Shown in pieces: positions 1-9,616 of a stretch of DNA of 44,211 nt. The stretch lies in the NCBI GenBank assembly GCA_048885535.1, contig JBHLLO010000018.1:1-44211 (forward strand), read 5' to 3'. The DNA comes from Candidatus Hermodarchaeota archaeon. GTDB taxonomy: Archaea > Asgardarchaeota > Lokiarchaeia > Sigyniarchaeales > SOKP01. Position 1 is the first letter of the stretch. Each line of letters opens with the position of its first letter. The position numbers were made by a program, and so were the translations under genes. The notes beneath the pieces were generated by a model, which saw only the letters and a program-made list of their open reading frames with translations, ran no database searches and was not told the origin of the DNA.

Positions 1-52
1 GAAATTAAAATCAAATTTAATTTAAAAATTAAAAAAAAAAGTAAAAAAATAT

Positions 53-1156
53 TTATTTTTCTGATTCTTCAACTAACTTTATAGTATAATAAGTGTCTTC
101 CAGTACTTTTAAATATTCAATTAAAACAGGCTCCGATTTTGATTTAACATCATATTGATGTAAAATTGTATTAAGTATAAATTTGGGATAGACTCTCAAT
201 ATTTGAAAATCTGTTAATAAACAATAATATTCAGCTCCACGCTCATCCCGAAATGTATGAATCATTTTATGTTCCCATATTTTTTTTAATGCTCCATCAA
301 TATCATCGACTCCCTTTTTCTTTAGTTTCTCAAGAGCGCTTCTTGTCACAATTGCAATTCTTAATAACTTTAATATTTCATATGTTTGGGGATCAGTTAA
401 AATGTCTAGAGACTTTAAGTTATCTTCACCAGAAATCCGATAATTTTGGAAAAATTTCTTAACTTCTATTCTGTATTCTTCTTTATACTTATCTGGAAGA
501 CCTACTTCTTCGGGAGCTTGAAGGAGCTTAATTGGGGGTTTACGAAGCATAAAGATATCATTTATTAAAAATATTAATTCTGATGGCATTCCTTTGACTG
601 AAGTTTCTTTAATCAATTCCCTTTTAATGAGTTCATTCAGCGTAGCATCTATATCAAAAAATCCTCTTCGATACTTATCTTTTAACCAGACACTTAGTTC
701 TGACTTCGACACAACTCCTTCTTCTCTAAGTCTTTCTATAATTAATCTATTCACTTCATCTTGGTAAGTAATTGCTAGGGTTTGCTCAAGATTCAAATGT
801 GGATAGGCTGATAAGCGTTGAAATAAGAATGGTATCATATCTAGATATACATTATCTTCTAGGTTCTGAATTATGATTCTTGAAATATCTGATAAACCTC
901 CTTCATAAGCATCGGGATCATCTTCTAAATTTAAGAGAGATATTATGTATAAGGCTTTATCTCTTCCCGTATAAAAAGAAGCAATATTTAAATGCCCTAC
1001 TAACAGGCTTATCATTCCTGGTTCTCCAGTATACTCATGGGCCGCGTAGATTTGCATTAATGTTTCATCAGAAACTATAAGTTCTTCAGGATATCTTGTT
1101 ATTATTTCTGTTCCAACCTTTGGATCCCATTTCATAATTATTAATCCTATTGGCAT
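53..1156 (-). CDS. uDENN/longin-like domain protein (NPRL2-like N-terminus) with predicted C-terminal winged-helix regions
   Basis: 367-aa ORF; N-terminal IIMKWDPKVGTEIITRYPE resembles the first beta-hairpin of uDENN/longin domains (NPRL2-type FHPTLGPKITYQVPE); GGAGGTGA SD upstream; ATG overlaps the TAA of the upstream gene. Confidence 0.55.
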   Translation of the reverse strand: MPIGLIIMKWDPKVGTEIITRYPEELIVSDETLMQIYAAHEYTGEPGMISLLVGHLNIASFYTGRDKALYIISLLNLEDDPDAYEGGLSDISRIIIQNLEDNVYLDMIPFLFQRLSAYPHLNLEQTLAITYQDEVNRLIIERLREEGVVSKSELSVWLKDKYRRGFFDIDATLNELIKRELIKETSVKGMPSELIFLINDIFMLRKPPIKLLQAPEEVGLPDKYKEEYRIEVKKFFQNYRISGEDNLKSLDILTDPQTYEILKLLRIAIVTRSALEKLKKKGVDDIDGALKKIWEHKMIHTFRDERGAEYYCLLTDFQILRVYPKFILNTILHQYDVKSKSEPVLIEYLKVLEDTYYTIKLVEESEK

Positions 1157-4100
1157 TAGTCAATTTCACCTCCATTCTTAGCAGTCTTATCTTTAAATTG
1201 ATTAAATCTTGATTCGAATTCCTTAGCTCCAAGAATATCATCAAGGGAAAGCCCAACTTTTTTCCAATCTTCACCAAATAACTCTGTCATCATTTCTTCC
1301 TTATTTGGAATAGAAATGGTTTCAGTAACAGTTTTCTTTGCTTTAATGTATCCTTTAACTTTTCTTATCTTCTTCACGAATTTTGGAATTTTTGCTTGTT
1401 GAATTGCCCTATAACTTATTGCTGTAATCGCTATCGCTGCTACTGAAGCAGTTATTAATATGAAATAAAAGGTGGGCATTCCAGGGAAAATTTCCTCCAT
1501 TAAAACATTAAATGTAATATCGATTTCTTGAGTTGTATAATTATCTTTTTGAATGATAATTTTACCACCAAAGATATTAGATGTGAAAAAGGCTTCAATA
1601 TATTCAGTACTGAATATCATTGTATAATAACCAGAAGCTTCTTCTGTAAAGGCATAATCAGTTCCTTGAGTTCTGAGTATTAAAGTAGCACTAGCCAATG
1701 GGACATTTGGAGTATATGTAATATCTGTTAGGTTTATTTCTAAAAATACATTAGACCCTTGAGCAATGCTTATTTGATTTCCACTCTTACCTGTAGCTTT
1801 GAACTCAACATCAAATTCTCTTAATTTTATTTCTAAATTTATAAATGCAAATCTAGCATCATAGTTTTCTTTTTGTAGGGTAACAAATAGTTGATAACGT
1901 CCAACTGGTCTTCGTAGAGTACTAAAATCTAATGAATACATTTTATTTGGTAGTTCTGTTAATGTGCCTGTTCCTTCACTCCCAGCAATAATTTCCCCAT
2001 TAACATCTAATTCATGCCAACTATAAACTGCAGAATCTATATCTCCTAAAATCCTAGATTTTAAAGTATCTGTATATGTAAAATTGAAAAAGTGTCTTTT
2101 TTGAACCCAAATTTCAGAAGGAATGTATAAAATATCTACAACTTCATTATTAATGCTAGTTGGTCTAGGGTCGATATCTAAAAATACATTGAAATTACTT
2201 TGGGTTGTATAATTCTCAAGGGAGGCAGTAACAGATATTACTTTAATTCCTGTGCTAAGAGCATCTGAAGTATTTAATATCAATGTGTAATATCCAATAT
2301 TAATTGGATCTGGCTGTATGGTAAAAGGACCTGTTCCTATCCAACTGTATGTGAGTTGTGCCCCAAGAAGATTATTAAGATTATCAGAGCGATAATACCT
2401 AATTGTGAAATATGCCAATTCATCATAATACGCATTAACAGTCCTATCTGGTATTTCAGTAAGGGAACTATAATCGTATAGTCTAATCGTTGTCGAAATT
2501 GCTCTTACTTTCACAAAAAAAGTTTGAGTGTTTGGTTGGGGATAACCAGGTTTATTGCCTGTAATTTTGAATGAATAATAAACATATGATCCTCCAGCAG
2601 ATAATCGACTAGAATTGACAGTTATCAAAAAGTTTCCACTTCCAAGAAAATTCATATCTTCAATGATCAAAATAAGACTCGAACCGACTGGAGTCACAGT
2701 TAATGTACATGATGAAGATAAACCAGATACGGGATTCCAGGAACCTCCTCCATCTTGTGTATAATAAAAGTTCACTGAAAATGTCATATTATCACCCCAA
2801 AGCACATCAGTGGTACCCGAAGCATTAAAAAATGCGGTATCATAATTTGTAGTATTTAACTCTGATGGAAGAATAAGATTAAATGTAATTAAAGCACTCC
2901 CATAAAAAGTATAATTATAATAAGTAGTTCCTGCATTAGATGTCGGATACCATTGATTTTCTGGATCCAGTTCAGTAACATTAAAATCAATATTAACATT
3001 CTCAAGATAGTCTATTGAAAAATTATAAGTTCTACCAATGAAAAACCAAAATGGTAGTTCATAACCATTTTTTGGAGAATAAGCAGAACCATTTCTTTCC
3101 CAAAATGATGTTAAATTTACCAATGGTGTTCCAGAGTCATCTCTTACTTTAATTAAAGCAGATACAGGCATGCCTTCAGGAGTAATATCTTTACTCACTA
3201 CCCTAATATATAGCTTAGACAATTCTGTTCTATTATAGACATTAGCTGTTTCAATTAGGTCTATAGTTATTATTCCATTGCATTGAGTATTATTTACTCC
3301 ATTTATTTCAATGAATAATCCGTATACTTCATGTTTTTCAGTATTTAATTTATTATTATTTATTTTCACCATATCTAAGCTTATGAAATCACTGTCATCC
3401 CCAAAATCGTAATCATCATTAAAGTAAATAAGATTTTCATTACCAACACCAGTATTATTGTTTTTATCAATATAATAGATTGTAACATCTTGAATTTGGT
3501 CGTTCATAGTGGTTAATGTGATATTAGCTTTGATAATTTTCTTATTGCCAAACACTGTTCTTGAGCCATTAGTATAAACATATTCACTTACAAAGTATCT
3601 ACTTTCACTACTGGGGGCTTGATTAACATTATCCACGTTTATGATATGAGTTTGAGATTTTGAAGTCTCATAATCTGAGCGATATATATATCCATAACTT
3701 ACTAAAAATGGATAATCATTATAGTCTTCATTGTTGTAATATACCTCATAATAATAGTAGGATGCGCTTGTCCACCGAAAGGTGGCCTTTCCTTTAGAAC
3801 TTAATGTTAATTTACTTAAAACAGTGCCTGCTTTTTGATCACTTACATTTATATAGGCATATTTCAATGGAAATCTCTCCCAGTCAACAATTTCAAAATC
3901 AATTGTCCACAAATCCAAATTAATATCGACTATAAAAGGTTTTCCAGTGAAATTATGAGTTATTTTATTAAATTTAGTACTATTATATAACTCCATTTCT
4001 ACAGAACCTAGTGTATAATTTGCTGTGATATTGTAAACCCCATTTAACACATTTTTAAAAATAATTGAACCATTTAAACTAGAACTTATCCCTGAACGAA

Positions 4101-5574
4101 CTACAAAATTTTCTGTACCCTTAGCTGAGTTATTAACAATCGCGACTTTAGCATTTGGAACAATTCTACCATCAATATCTCTAGTAATTATTGTGATATC
4201 AGAAGTTCTTCTTTGAACTTCGTTAACTGCAGCTGTTAATGTGTAATTGAAACCTACAGCATCTACTTGAAAAAAGGCTGACTTTTGTTTAAATTGAGCA
4301 CTAGATTCGTCACCCCAAACTCCAAATTCAAAGAATATTTCCTTCCCCATATATTGTGTCAAATTTATTTCAAGAAATCCTGTTAATTCTCCATCACTCG
4401 AAGTGTCTGATAAAGTGTCTTTTATTACATTTGAAGTGGTGTGTGTATCGAAATCAATTAATTTCGTTTGATCTTCTAAAGGCAACCATTTTTTTGAACT
4501 TGGATTGTATTGAGAATATCCATCATATATCTCTCCATAATTATTATAGTTAGTATTATAAATATCAGTATCATCATGGAGATCAGGATCTGTACTATAA
4601 TGAGATGAAGATCCATTTAAGACCCTCATAAAATATCCATCTTCATTCAAATCTGCATCCATATTTTTTGGTTTCTCAAATCTCCATGTTCTAATATTCC
4701 GGTATACATTCAAGGAGATTTCCCCGCCCTCGACAATAGGAACTTTGAAAGGATAAGTAAACAAAGTTCCTGCATAATCATTTATTGTATCCGTTGGTAA
4801 AACTACTCCAGATGTACCCCATTTATAAGCATAAGTTCCATCACCAACTCTTTCTCCAGATTGGGGATTACTAATTAATTTATTAACAAATAGTTCAATA
4901 CCTGAAGTATTGTATTCAGCTGAGCTTGGATTACTTTGCCCCTTAATAGTATTAACTGGGTTATGTGAAAAGTGCCATCCATAAGGTTCAAAGTTCGAGT
5001 TACTGGAAATATCTAATTCAAAATCACCATTCTTAACCCATCCAAAGCTCTCAGAAGGATCTCGTGCTTCCATATTAATAGCAATACTATTTCCGAAATA
5101 TAAATAAGTATCTGTTTCAGTTCGACTCGCTGAAATATTGGTGTCAAACCAAATAGTTGCAATATCTTGACTAGGATAATCTTTTTGCACATAATAATTT
5201 CTTAGAATCCCATTCTCTACAATTCTTAAATCGTCTAGATCTGATTGTAATTTACCTGTTTGAATTAAGTTATCATAATTAAATGACAAGCTTACTCCAA
5301 TATCGACAAAATTATAAGAATAGGGATTAGTAATATTAATAAGCATACGATATTCAAAAGAATGATCCCACCATGGAGCATTACCAAATAAACTTGATTT
5401 AGGATAATCTAATACATCTGGTGTCCCATAGTTAGAAAGATCATCATTCTCACTCAACTCAGAGGAACCATTGAAAATATTCGCCAAAAAGACTGAGAAA
5501 CTGCTGGTTAAAAGAATGATAAATAAAATTGTTAAGGCCTTTAGTCTGTTTAGTTGTAATTCTTTACTTTTCAT
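1156..5574 (-). CDS. Large membrane-anchored surface protein (DUF2341-like domain plus Ig-like/beta-sandwich repeats, C-terminal TM helix)
   Basis: 1472 aa; N-terminal hydrophobic signal; WWDHSFEYRMLINITN...DLDDLRIV pattern typical of DUF2341; many NxT sequons and K(E/D)NY repeats; TM helix FYFILITASVAAIAITAISY followed by a basic tail. Confidence 0.7.
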   Translation of the reverse strand: MKSKELQLNRLKALTILFIILLTSSFSVFLANIFNGSSELSENDDLSNYGTPDVLDYPKSSLFGNAPWWDHSFEYRMLINITNPYSYNFVDIGVSLSFNYDNLIQTGKLQSDLDDLRIVENGILRNYYVQKDYPSQDIATIWFDTNISASRTETDTYLYFGNSIAINMEARDPSESFGWVKNGDFELDISSNSNFEPYGWHFSHNPVNTIKGQSNPSSAEYNTSGIELFVNKLISNPQSGERVGDGTYAYKWGTSGVVLPTDTINDYAGTLFTYPFKVPIVEGGEISLNVYRNIRTWRFEKPKNMDADLNEDGYFMRVLNGSSSHYSTDPDLHDDTDIYNTNYNNYGEIYDGYSQYNPSSKKWLPLEDQTKLIDFDTHTTSNVIKDTLSDTSSDGELTGFLEINLTQYMGKEIFFEFGVWGDESSAQFKQKSAFFQVDAVGFNYTLTAAVNEVQRRTSDITIITRDIDGRIVPNAKVAIVNNSAKGTENFVVRSGISSSLNGSIIFKNVLNGVYNITANYTLGSVEMELYNSTKFNKITHNFTGKPFIVDINLDLWTIDFEIVDWERFPLKYAYINVSDQKAGTVLSKLTLSSKGKATFRWTSASYYYYEVYYNNEDYNDYPFLVSYGYIYRSDYETSKSQTHIINVDNVNQAPSSESRYFVSEYVYTNGSRTVFGNKKIIKANITLTTMNDQIQDVTIYYIDKNNNTGVGNENLIYFNDDYDFGDDSDFISLDMVKINNNKLNTEKHEVYGLFIEINGVNNTQCNGIITIDLIETANVYNRTELSKLYIRVVSKDITPEGMPVSALIKVRDDSGTPLVNLTSFWERNGSAYSPKNGYELPFWFFIGRTYNFSIDYLENVNIDFNVTELDPENQWYPTSNAGTTYYNYTFYGSALITFNLILPSELNTTNYDTAFFNASGTTDVLWGDNMTFSVNFYYTQDGGGSWNPVSGLSSSCTLTVTPVGSSLILIIEDMNFLGSGNFLITVNSSRLSAGGSYVYYSFKITGNKPGYPQPNTQTFFVKVRAISTTIRLYDYSSLTEIPDRTVNAYYDELAYFTIRYYRSDNLNNLLGAQLTYSWIGTGPFTIQPDPINIGYYTLILNTSDALSTGIKVISVTASLENYTTQSNFNVFLDIDPRPTSINNEVVDILYIPSEIWVQKRHFFNFTYTDTLKSRILGDIDSAVYSWHELDVNGEIIAGSEGTGTLTELPNKMYSLDFSTLRRPVGRYQLFVTLQKENYDARFAFINLEIKLREFDVEFKATGKSGNQISIAQGSNVFLEINLTDITYTPNVPLASATLILRTQGTDYAFTEEASGYYTMIFSTEYIEAFFTSNIFGGKIIIQKDNYTTQEIDITFNVLMEEIFPGMPTFYFILITASVAAIAITAISYRAIQQAKIPKFVKKIRKVKGYIKAKKTVTETISIPNKEEMMTELFGEDWKKVGLSLDDILGAKEFESRFNQFKDKTAKNGGEID

Positions 5575-5709
5575 AGATAAATCATTTATTTATGTGTTTT
5601 TTAAAGATAAATTAAAAATTTTTAAAAAAATGATAAAAGAACCTAAATATAATACTTTGTTAATACAAAAAGGATTCTTTAAAAAACTAATAAAGTAATC
5701 TCATATTTC

Positions 5710-6345
5710 CTACAATTTCTTCTCCAATAATAAGAAGATTTTTCTTTTTTTAGGGTTATTTGGATTATCAATTACGAAATTTCCTTGAAATTTTGTGTTT
5801 TCAATAAATAATCTACCAATTTTTTCCATAATCGCATTACTTTTTGGATAAAATTGAAAGATAGCTTTACTATTAGGTTTTAACACGTTATAAAAGGACT
5901 TAATTAGTGCTATTAGTAAAATTTTCATCCGTTCGCTTTTTATATCTCGAAATATCCATTGTAAAGCCGATATTGAAATGATGGCATCAAATATTTTAGG
6001 TTTAAAAGGGAGAAAACACATATCTGCTGCAATAGGGTTAACATCTTTTAATTCGTAATACTTTAAGAATTCTGAAATAATATCAAGAGCCACAACTTCA
6101 TATCCAAGCTCTTTTAAGTATAATGCAGTGAATCCTGGACCGCAACCAGCATCAAGAATCCTCACTTTTGACGATTTTAACTCTATTAAGTCTAAAGCCC
6201 TACTTGTTATTTTCTCTTGAATTCTCATTATACTTTTTGATCTTGAATATTTCGCGATATTTTCTAAATTGTAATAATCCCTAACGTTCTCAAAAATTTC
6301 TTCCGGCCTCTTTTTCTTCACATTAAAAGTAAATTTATCATTCAA
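5710..6345 (-). CDS. SAM-dependent methyltransferase, Bud23/WBSCR22-like (SSU rRNA m7G methyltransferase family)
   Basis: Motif I LDAGCGPG, plus IQEKITSRALDL, FDAIISISALQW, QFYPK and VIDNPNNPKKRKIFLLL, collinear with the Bud23 motifs IQAKMTLRALEL, FDAAISISAIQW, QFYPK and VVDDPESKKNKKYYLVL; TTG start. Confidence 0.8.
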   Translation of the reverse strand: MNDKFTFNVKKKRPEEIFENVRDYYNLENIAKYSRSKSIMRIQEKITSRALDLIELKSSKVRILDAGCGPGFTALYLKELGYEVVALDIISEFLKYYELKDVNPIAADMCFLPFKPKIFDAIISISALQWIFRDIKSERMKILLIALIKSFYNVLKPNSKAIFQFYPKSNAIMEKIGRLFIENTKFQGNFVIDNPNNPKKRKIFLLLEKKL

Positions 6346-6488
6346 ATTCGAATAACCCTAAAAATTACTATTTTCATTTGCGGAAAAACTAAAGATTCAT
6401 AATTAAAACAAAAATTTTATTAAATTTTAAATATTTCATATCCCATTAGCACGATATTTATGTGAATTAAGTTTTCAAGTGATATCTA

Positions 6489-6788
6489 TTGTCTGAAAAG
6501 GATGAAAAGACTGTAGTAAGAAAAGCGACTCTCAATTTAAGAAGAAAGTATGGTAGATCAAAGCAAATTGATATTGTAGAAAGAGATGCATTTATACCTA
6601 GCTCAGTAGAAAAAGAAATAAGAGAATCATTAAAGAAAAAGAAGACAATATTAGCCTCAGACATTGCTTTAAAGTATGATATTAGATTATCCACTGCCCA
6701 ATTGTTATTAAAGCATTATGAGGAAGAAGGTCTAATAGAGTTATACGATCCCGCATTAAAATTGAAAATTTATGTTCTCAAATCTTAA
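6489..6788 (+). CDS. rps25e: 30S ribosomal protein S25e (eS25)
   Basis: 99 aa, basic, winged-helix C-terminus ILASDIALKYDIRLSTAQLLLKHYEEEGLI...KIY characteristic of eS25; TTG start. Confidence 0.8.
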   Translation: MSEKDEKTVVRKATLNLRRKYGRSKQIDIVERDAFIPSSVEKEIRESLKKKKTILASDIALKYDIRLSTAQLLLKHYEEEGLIELYDPALKLKIYVLKS

Positions 6789-6946
6789 CCTCTGAAATTC
6801 CTAAACTTATTCTATTAGAATTATTAATTACGCCTAATTTACTTAATTTATTAACCTTGTTTGGAAACAAATTTATATTTTTCCGAATTAATTCTTATTA
6901 AAGATATTCACTATAACTTATCTATCCAGATATTTAACCTAATTAA

Positions 6947-7047
6947 GCAGATGTAGCCTAGATGGTAAGACGCCGGCCTCGAGTGGTTAAATTACTTAGA
7001 AAGCCGGTGCGCGTGAGCGCTCGGGGGTTCGAATCCCTCCATCTGCG
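6947..7047 (+). tRNA. tRNA-Ser(CGA) with 18-nt intron at canonical position 37/38 (intron 6984-7001)
   Basis: Acceptor stem GCAGATG/CATCTGC, discriminator G, anticodon stem CCGGC/GCCGG, anticodon CGA at 6980-6982, long variable arm GCGC-GTGA-GCGC, T-arm GGGGG-TTCGAAT-CCCTC; no encoded CCA. Confidence 0.93.
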
Positions 7048-7067
7048 TTTAAGTTATCTAAGAAAGG

Positions 7068-8144
7068 GTGAATCGAATAGAAACGAATAATATTATAATT
7101 ATTGGTGAATTACATCAAGATTTATATTATGAAAGTGAATTTTATGAACAAATAGTTGAAGAAATCGTAAATAATTTAGTAAATCTTATTAGATATAACC
7201 CAGATGATTTGAATAAGACAATCTTAGAGAAATTTGTAAAAAAAGGGATTGCCAATACCCCTAAAAAAGTAATGGGTTTATGCTATTTTAAAAGAGGTGG
7301 AAATGGTAATAACTCTGCGGAATTTCTTGCTAAGTTAGGAATTAATACTAAGCTAGTGAGTGTAATCGGGAGAGGAAGCGATTGGATGATTAAAGAATTA
7401 AGGGATATAGGAGTTAACACAGACTCAATTTTTCAAATAAATGAGATAACACCAGTTAGTACAATAATAAAATCAAAATTCACCACAAAAATACATTTAG
7501 CCCCAAATTTAAAAGACAAAATGAATTTTGATGGGATTTTTTTGAAAGATGAGATCTTCATAAATGCTAAAATCATATTTTCTACTCCTCTTGCTGAAAA
7601 ATTTATAGACCTATTTGAAAGAGGTTCAAATTATAGTTTGATTACCGCTTTTAACGTGGAGAGACAAAAGATTCACAATCTTAAGCATTTATCAAATTTG
7701 ATTAAAAATCGCAAAGATCTCTTATTTCTAAATGTAAAAGATGCCTATCTAATTTTAGGACAAAAAGCCGCTATAGAAGAAATAGACCAAAAATTCAAGA
7801 AATTTGCCTTTATAAGGATTTACACCGCTGGAAAAGATGGATCTCATGTGAAAACAGATAATTTTACTATTACTTTTCCAGGAATAGAAGTGGATGCAAT
7901 TGTTGATAGGACTGGAGCAGGGGATTGCTATGCTGCAGGATTTTTAGCAAAGATATATGAGTTGGTTGCAAATAAAGAGGAATTAACTGATTTGCTAACA
8001 GTAAAAAACTCGAATAAATTAAAAGCAATCTTAGATTCGTGTATAAAGTTTGCTACATTTTCAGCAATCTACAAAATAACAAAACAAACGGCTCCTTCTA
8101 AAGAGGAATTAGAATTGTTTATGAAAAACTTTCAATTTAAATAG
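7068..8144 (+). CDS. PfkB/ribokinase family carbohydrate kinase
   Basis: GGNGNN and DRTGAGDCYAAGF PfkB signatures; the GTG lies inside the GGTGA SD, so the true start may be ATA at 7077. Confidence 0.85.
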   Translation: MNRIETNNIIIIGELHQDLYYESEFYEQIVEEIVNNLVNLIRYNPDDLNKTILEKFVKKGIANTPKKVMGLCYFKRGGNGNNSAEFLAKLGINTKLVSVIGRGSDWMIKELRDIGVNTDSIFQINEITPVSTIIKSKFTTKIHLAPNLKDKMNFDGIFLKDEIFINAKIIFSTPLAEKFIDLFERGSNYSLITAFNVERQKIHNLKHLSNLIKNRKDLLFLNVKDAYLILGQKAAIEEIDQKFKKFAFIRIYTAGKDGSHVKTDNFTITFPGIEVDAIVDRTGAGDCYAAGFLAKIYELVANKEELTDLLTVKNSNKLKAILDSCIKFATFSAIYKITKQTAPSKEELELFMKNFQFK

Positions 8145-8146
8145 TT

Positions 8147-9082
8147 CTATTGAATAATTTGTAAAATTATATTTTCCATTTGAGGTTTGGCTGCCTCAAT
8201 TTTATCTAAAATTTCTATAGTTTTTTGTAAATTATCCTTGTCCTCTTCAAGAATGAATAATAAATAAAAATCTAAATTATCGAATTTTAGCACTTCAACA
8301 ATTCCAGTGTAGCGATCTCCATTCTCAAATTTATCAGAAAATTCTAGCAATGATTTATTTTGGGTAATAATTCTTTTTTGCACCTTGAGATATTTGTCAT
8401 AAATTCTTACTTTTTCTATTAAATGTAAGTGAGGACGATAATATTCTCCAATTGTAATTCCTTTAACATCAAAAAGTGCAATAAGTATCGCATTATAATT
8501 TTTACTTAATTCAGCAAATAACTTAGAAACCAATTCCAATTTTTCAAAAAGTAATGAAAGACCACTCGAAAAAGCATCCATTACTGATTTTATATCATAA
8601 ATAGTTGTCTCAAAAAAGAATATATCAAAATCATGGTTATATCTTGTCAAAGCTTGTTTGATTGGTAAAATCTTTTTATTTAATTCTTTATCTTTTTTAA
8701 TTGGAGGATCAAATTTGTGGAATAAGACACAAATGGGAGGATAATCTTGTTCCTCCTTAAAAAAGAGCAAAATCTGATCGATAAAATCGATTGCTTTGAC
8801 ATATCTCGCATAATCTTGAACATCAACAACATAGAATATTAGATCCAAGCCAGAAAGGTATTTATGAGGATATTTTAAGTATTCCTCCCTATATTGGGCT
8901 TGTCCTCCGAAATCCAACCTAATAAACTCAATACCTAGGAATTTAAACGCATCGCGTACAACTCTGCGTGTTGGCATTAATTTAAATACTTCATCCTCAA
9001 ACCCAAAACGTTTCGTTATAGCTGTAATAATACTAGTTTTACCTGCATTATCTAAGCCCAAAAAACCTAGCTTTTTTGTAAT
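8147..9082 (-). CDS. Small GTPase (Arf/Rag-like) fused to C-terminal roadblock/longin-like domain
   Basis: G1 GLDNAGKT, G3 DFGGQ, G4 HKFD, G5 TTIYD; ~130-aa C-terminal domain with IALFDVKGITIG; start extended to ATT at 9082 (AGGTGA SD 6 nt upstream), which restores the beta1 strand KKLGFLG. Confidence 0.8.
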   Translation of the reverse strand: MTKKLGFLGLDNAGKTSIITAITKRFGFEDEVFKLMPTRRVVRDAFKFLGIEFIRLDFGGQAQYREEYLKYPHKYLSGLDLIFYVVDVQDYARYVKAIDFIDQILLFFKEEQDYPPICVLFHKFDPPIKKDKELNKKILPIKQALTRYNHDFDIFFFETTIYDIKSVMDAFSSGLSLLFEKLELVSKLFAELSKNYNAILIALFDVKGITIGEYYRPHLHLIEKVRIYDKYLKVQKRIITQNKSLLEFSDKFENGDRYTGIVEVLKFDNLDFYLLFILEEDKDNLQKTIEILDKIEAAKPQMENIILQIIQ

Positions 9083-9222
9083 AATCTATCACCTAATTTT
9101 TCAAGATTGTAAAAATTTTACAAATTATTAATTGCAGTATATACTAATAAATTCTTACTTTTTTCATGTGAAAAATCAGAATTAAGAGTTATAAGAGTAA
9201 GTACGAATAAAATAAAGTCGTC

Positions 9223-9504
9223 TTAGCCACCAGAAATGGGAAATGAAATATAAAGCTTATCGCCATCCTTTAACTTTGTTTTATAATTCTTCAGATAGGT
9301 GATATTTCTACCGTTTAAAAGAATCACCATTAAAGGGCTAAGTTTTTTCTTATTTTTGCTTAATGTATTTTCATCTAATTTCTCACTATATTCAGATAAA
9401 AATTGAGAGATTATATCACCAACAGTTTTACCTTCATAAATTAATGTATTTTTTTTAATTTTTAAGGCAAAAATATTCAACAAATTTAATTCGACTTTAG
9501 CCAT
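9223..9504 (-). CDS. MoaD/ThiS/SAMP family ubiquitin-like sulfur carrier
   Basis: 93 aa; ILLNGRNI...LKDGDKLYISFPISGG with terminal di-glycine. Confidence 0.88.
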   Translation of the reverse strand: MAKVELNLLNIFALKIKKNTLIYEGKTVGDIISQFLSEYSEKLDENTLSKNKKKLSPLMVILLNGRNITYLKNYKTKLKDGDKLYISFPISGG

Positions 9505-9616
9505 TCTTTTTCTCTTGACAAATTTTTAAAGGAAATACTCCTTTTCCATTAACTTCTTCTATAACTTATAAAACTTAATTCATTTTTAAGGCTTTTTCTA
9601 ATAAAAAGTAATACTA

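Noticed and set aside
6947-7047. tRNA-Sec
   Set aside because: The anticodon is CGA with a 7-bp acceptor stem and 5-bp T-stem, which is tRNA-Ser architecture.
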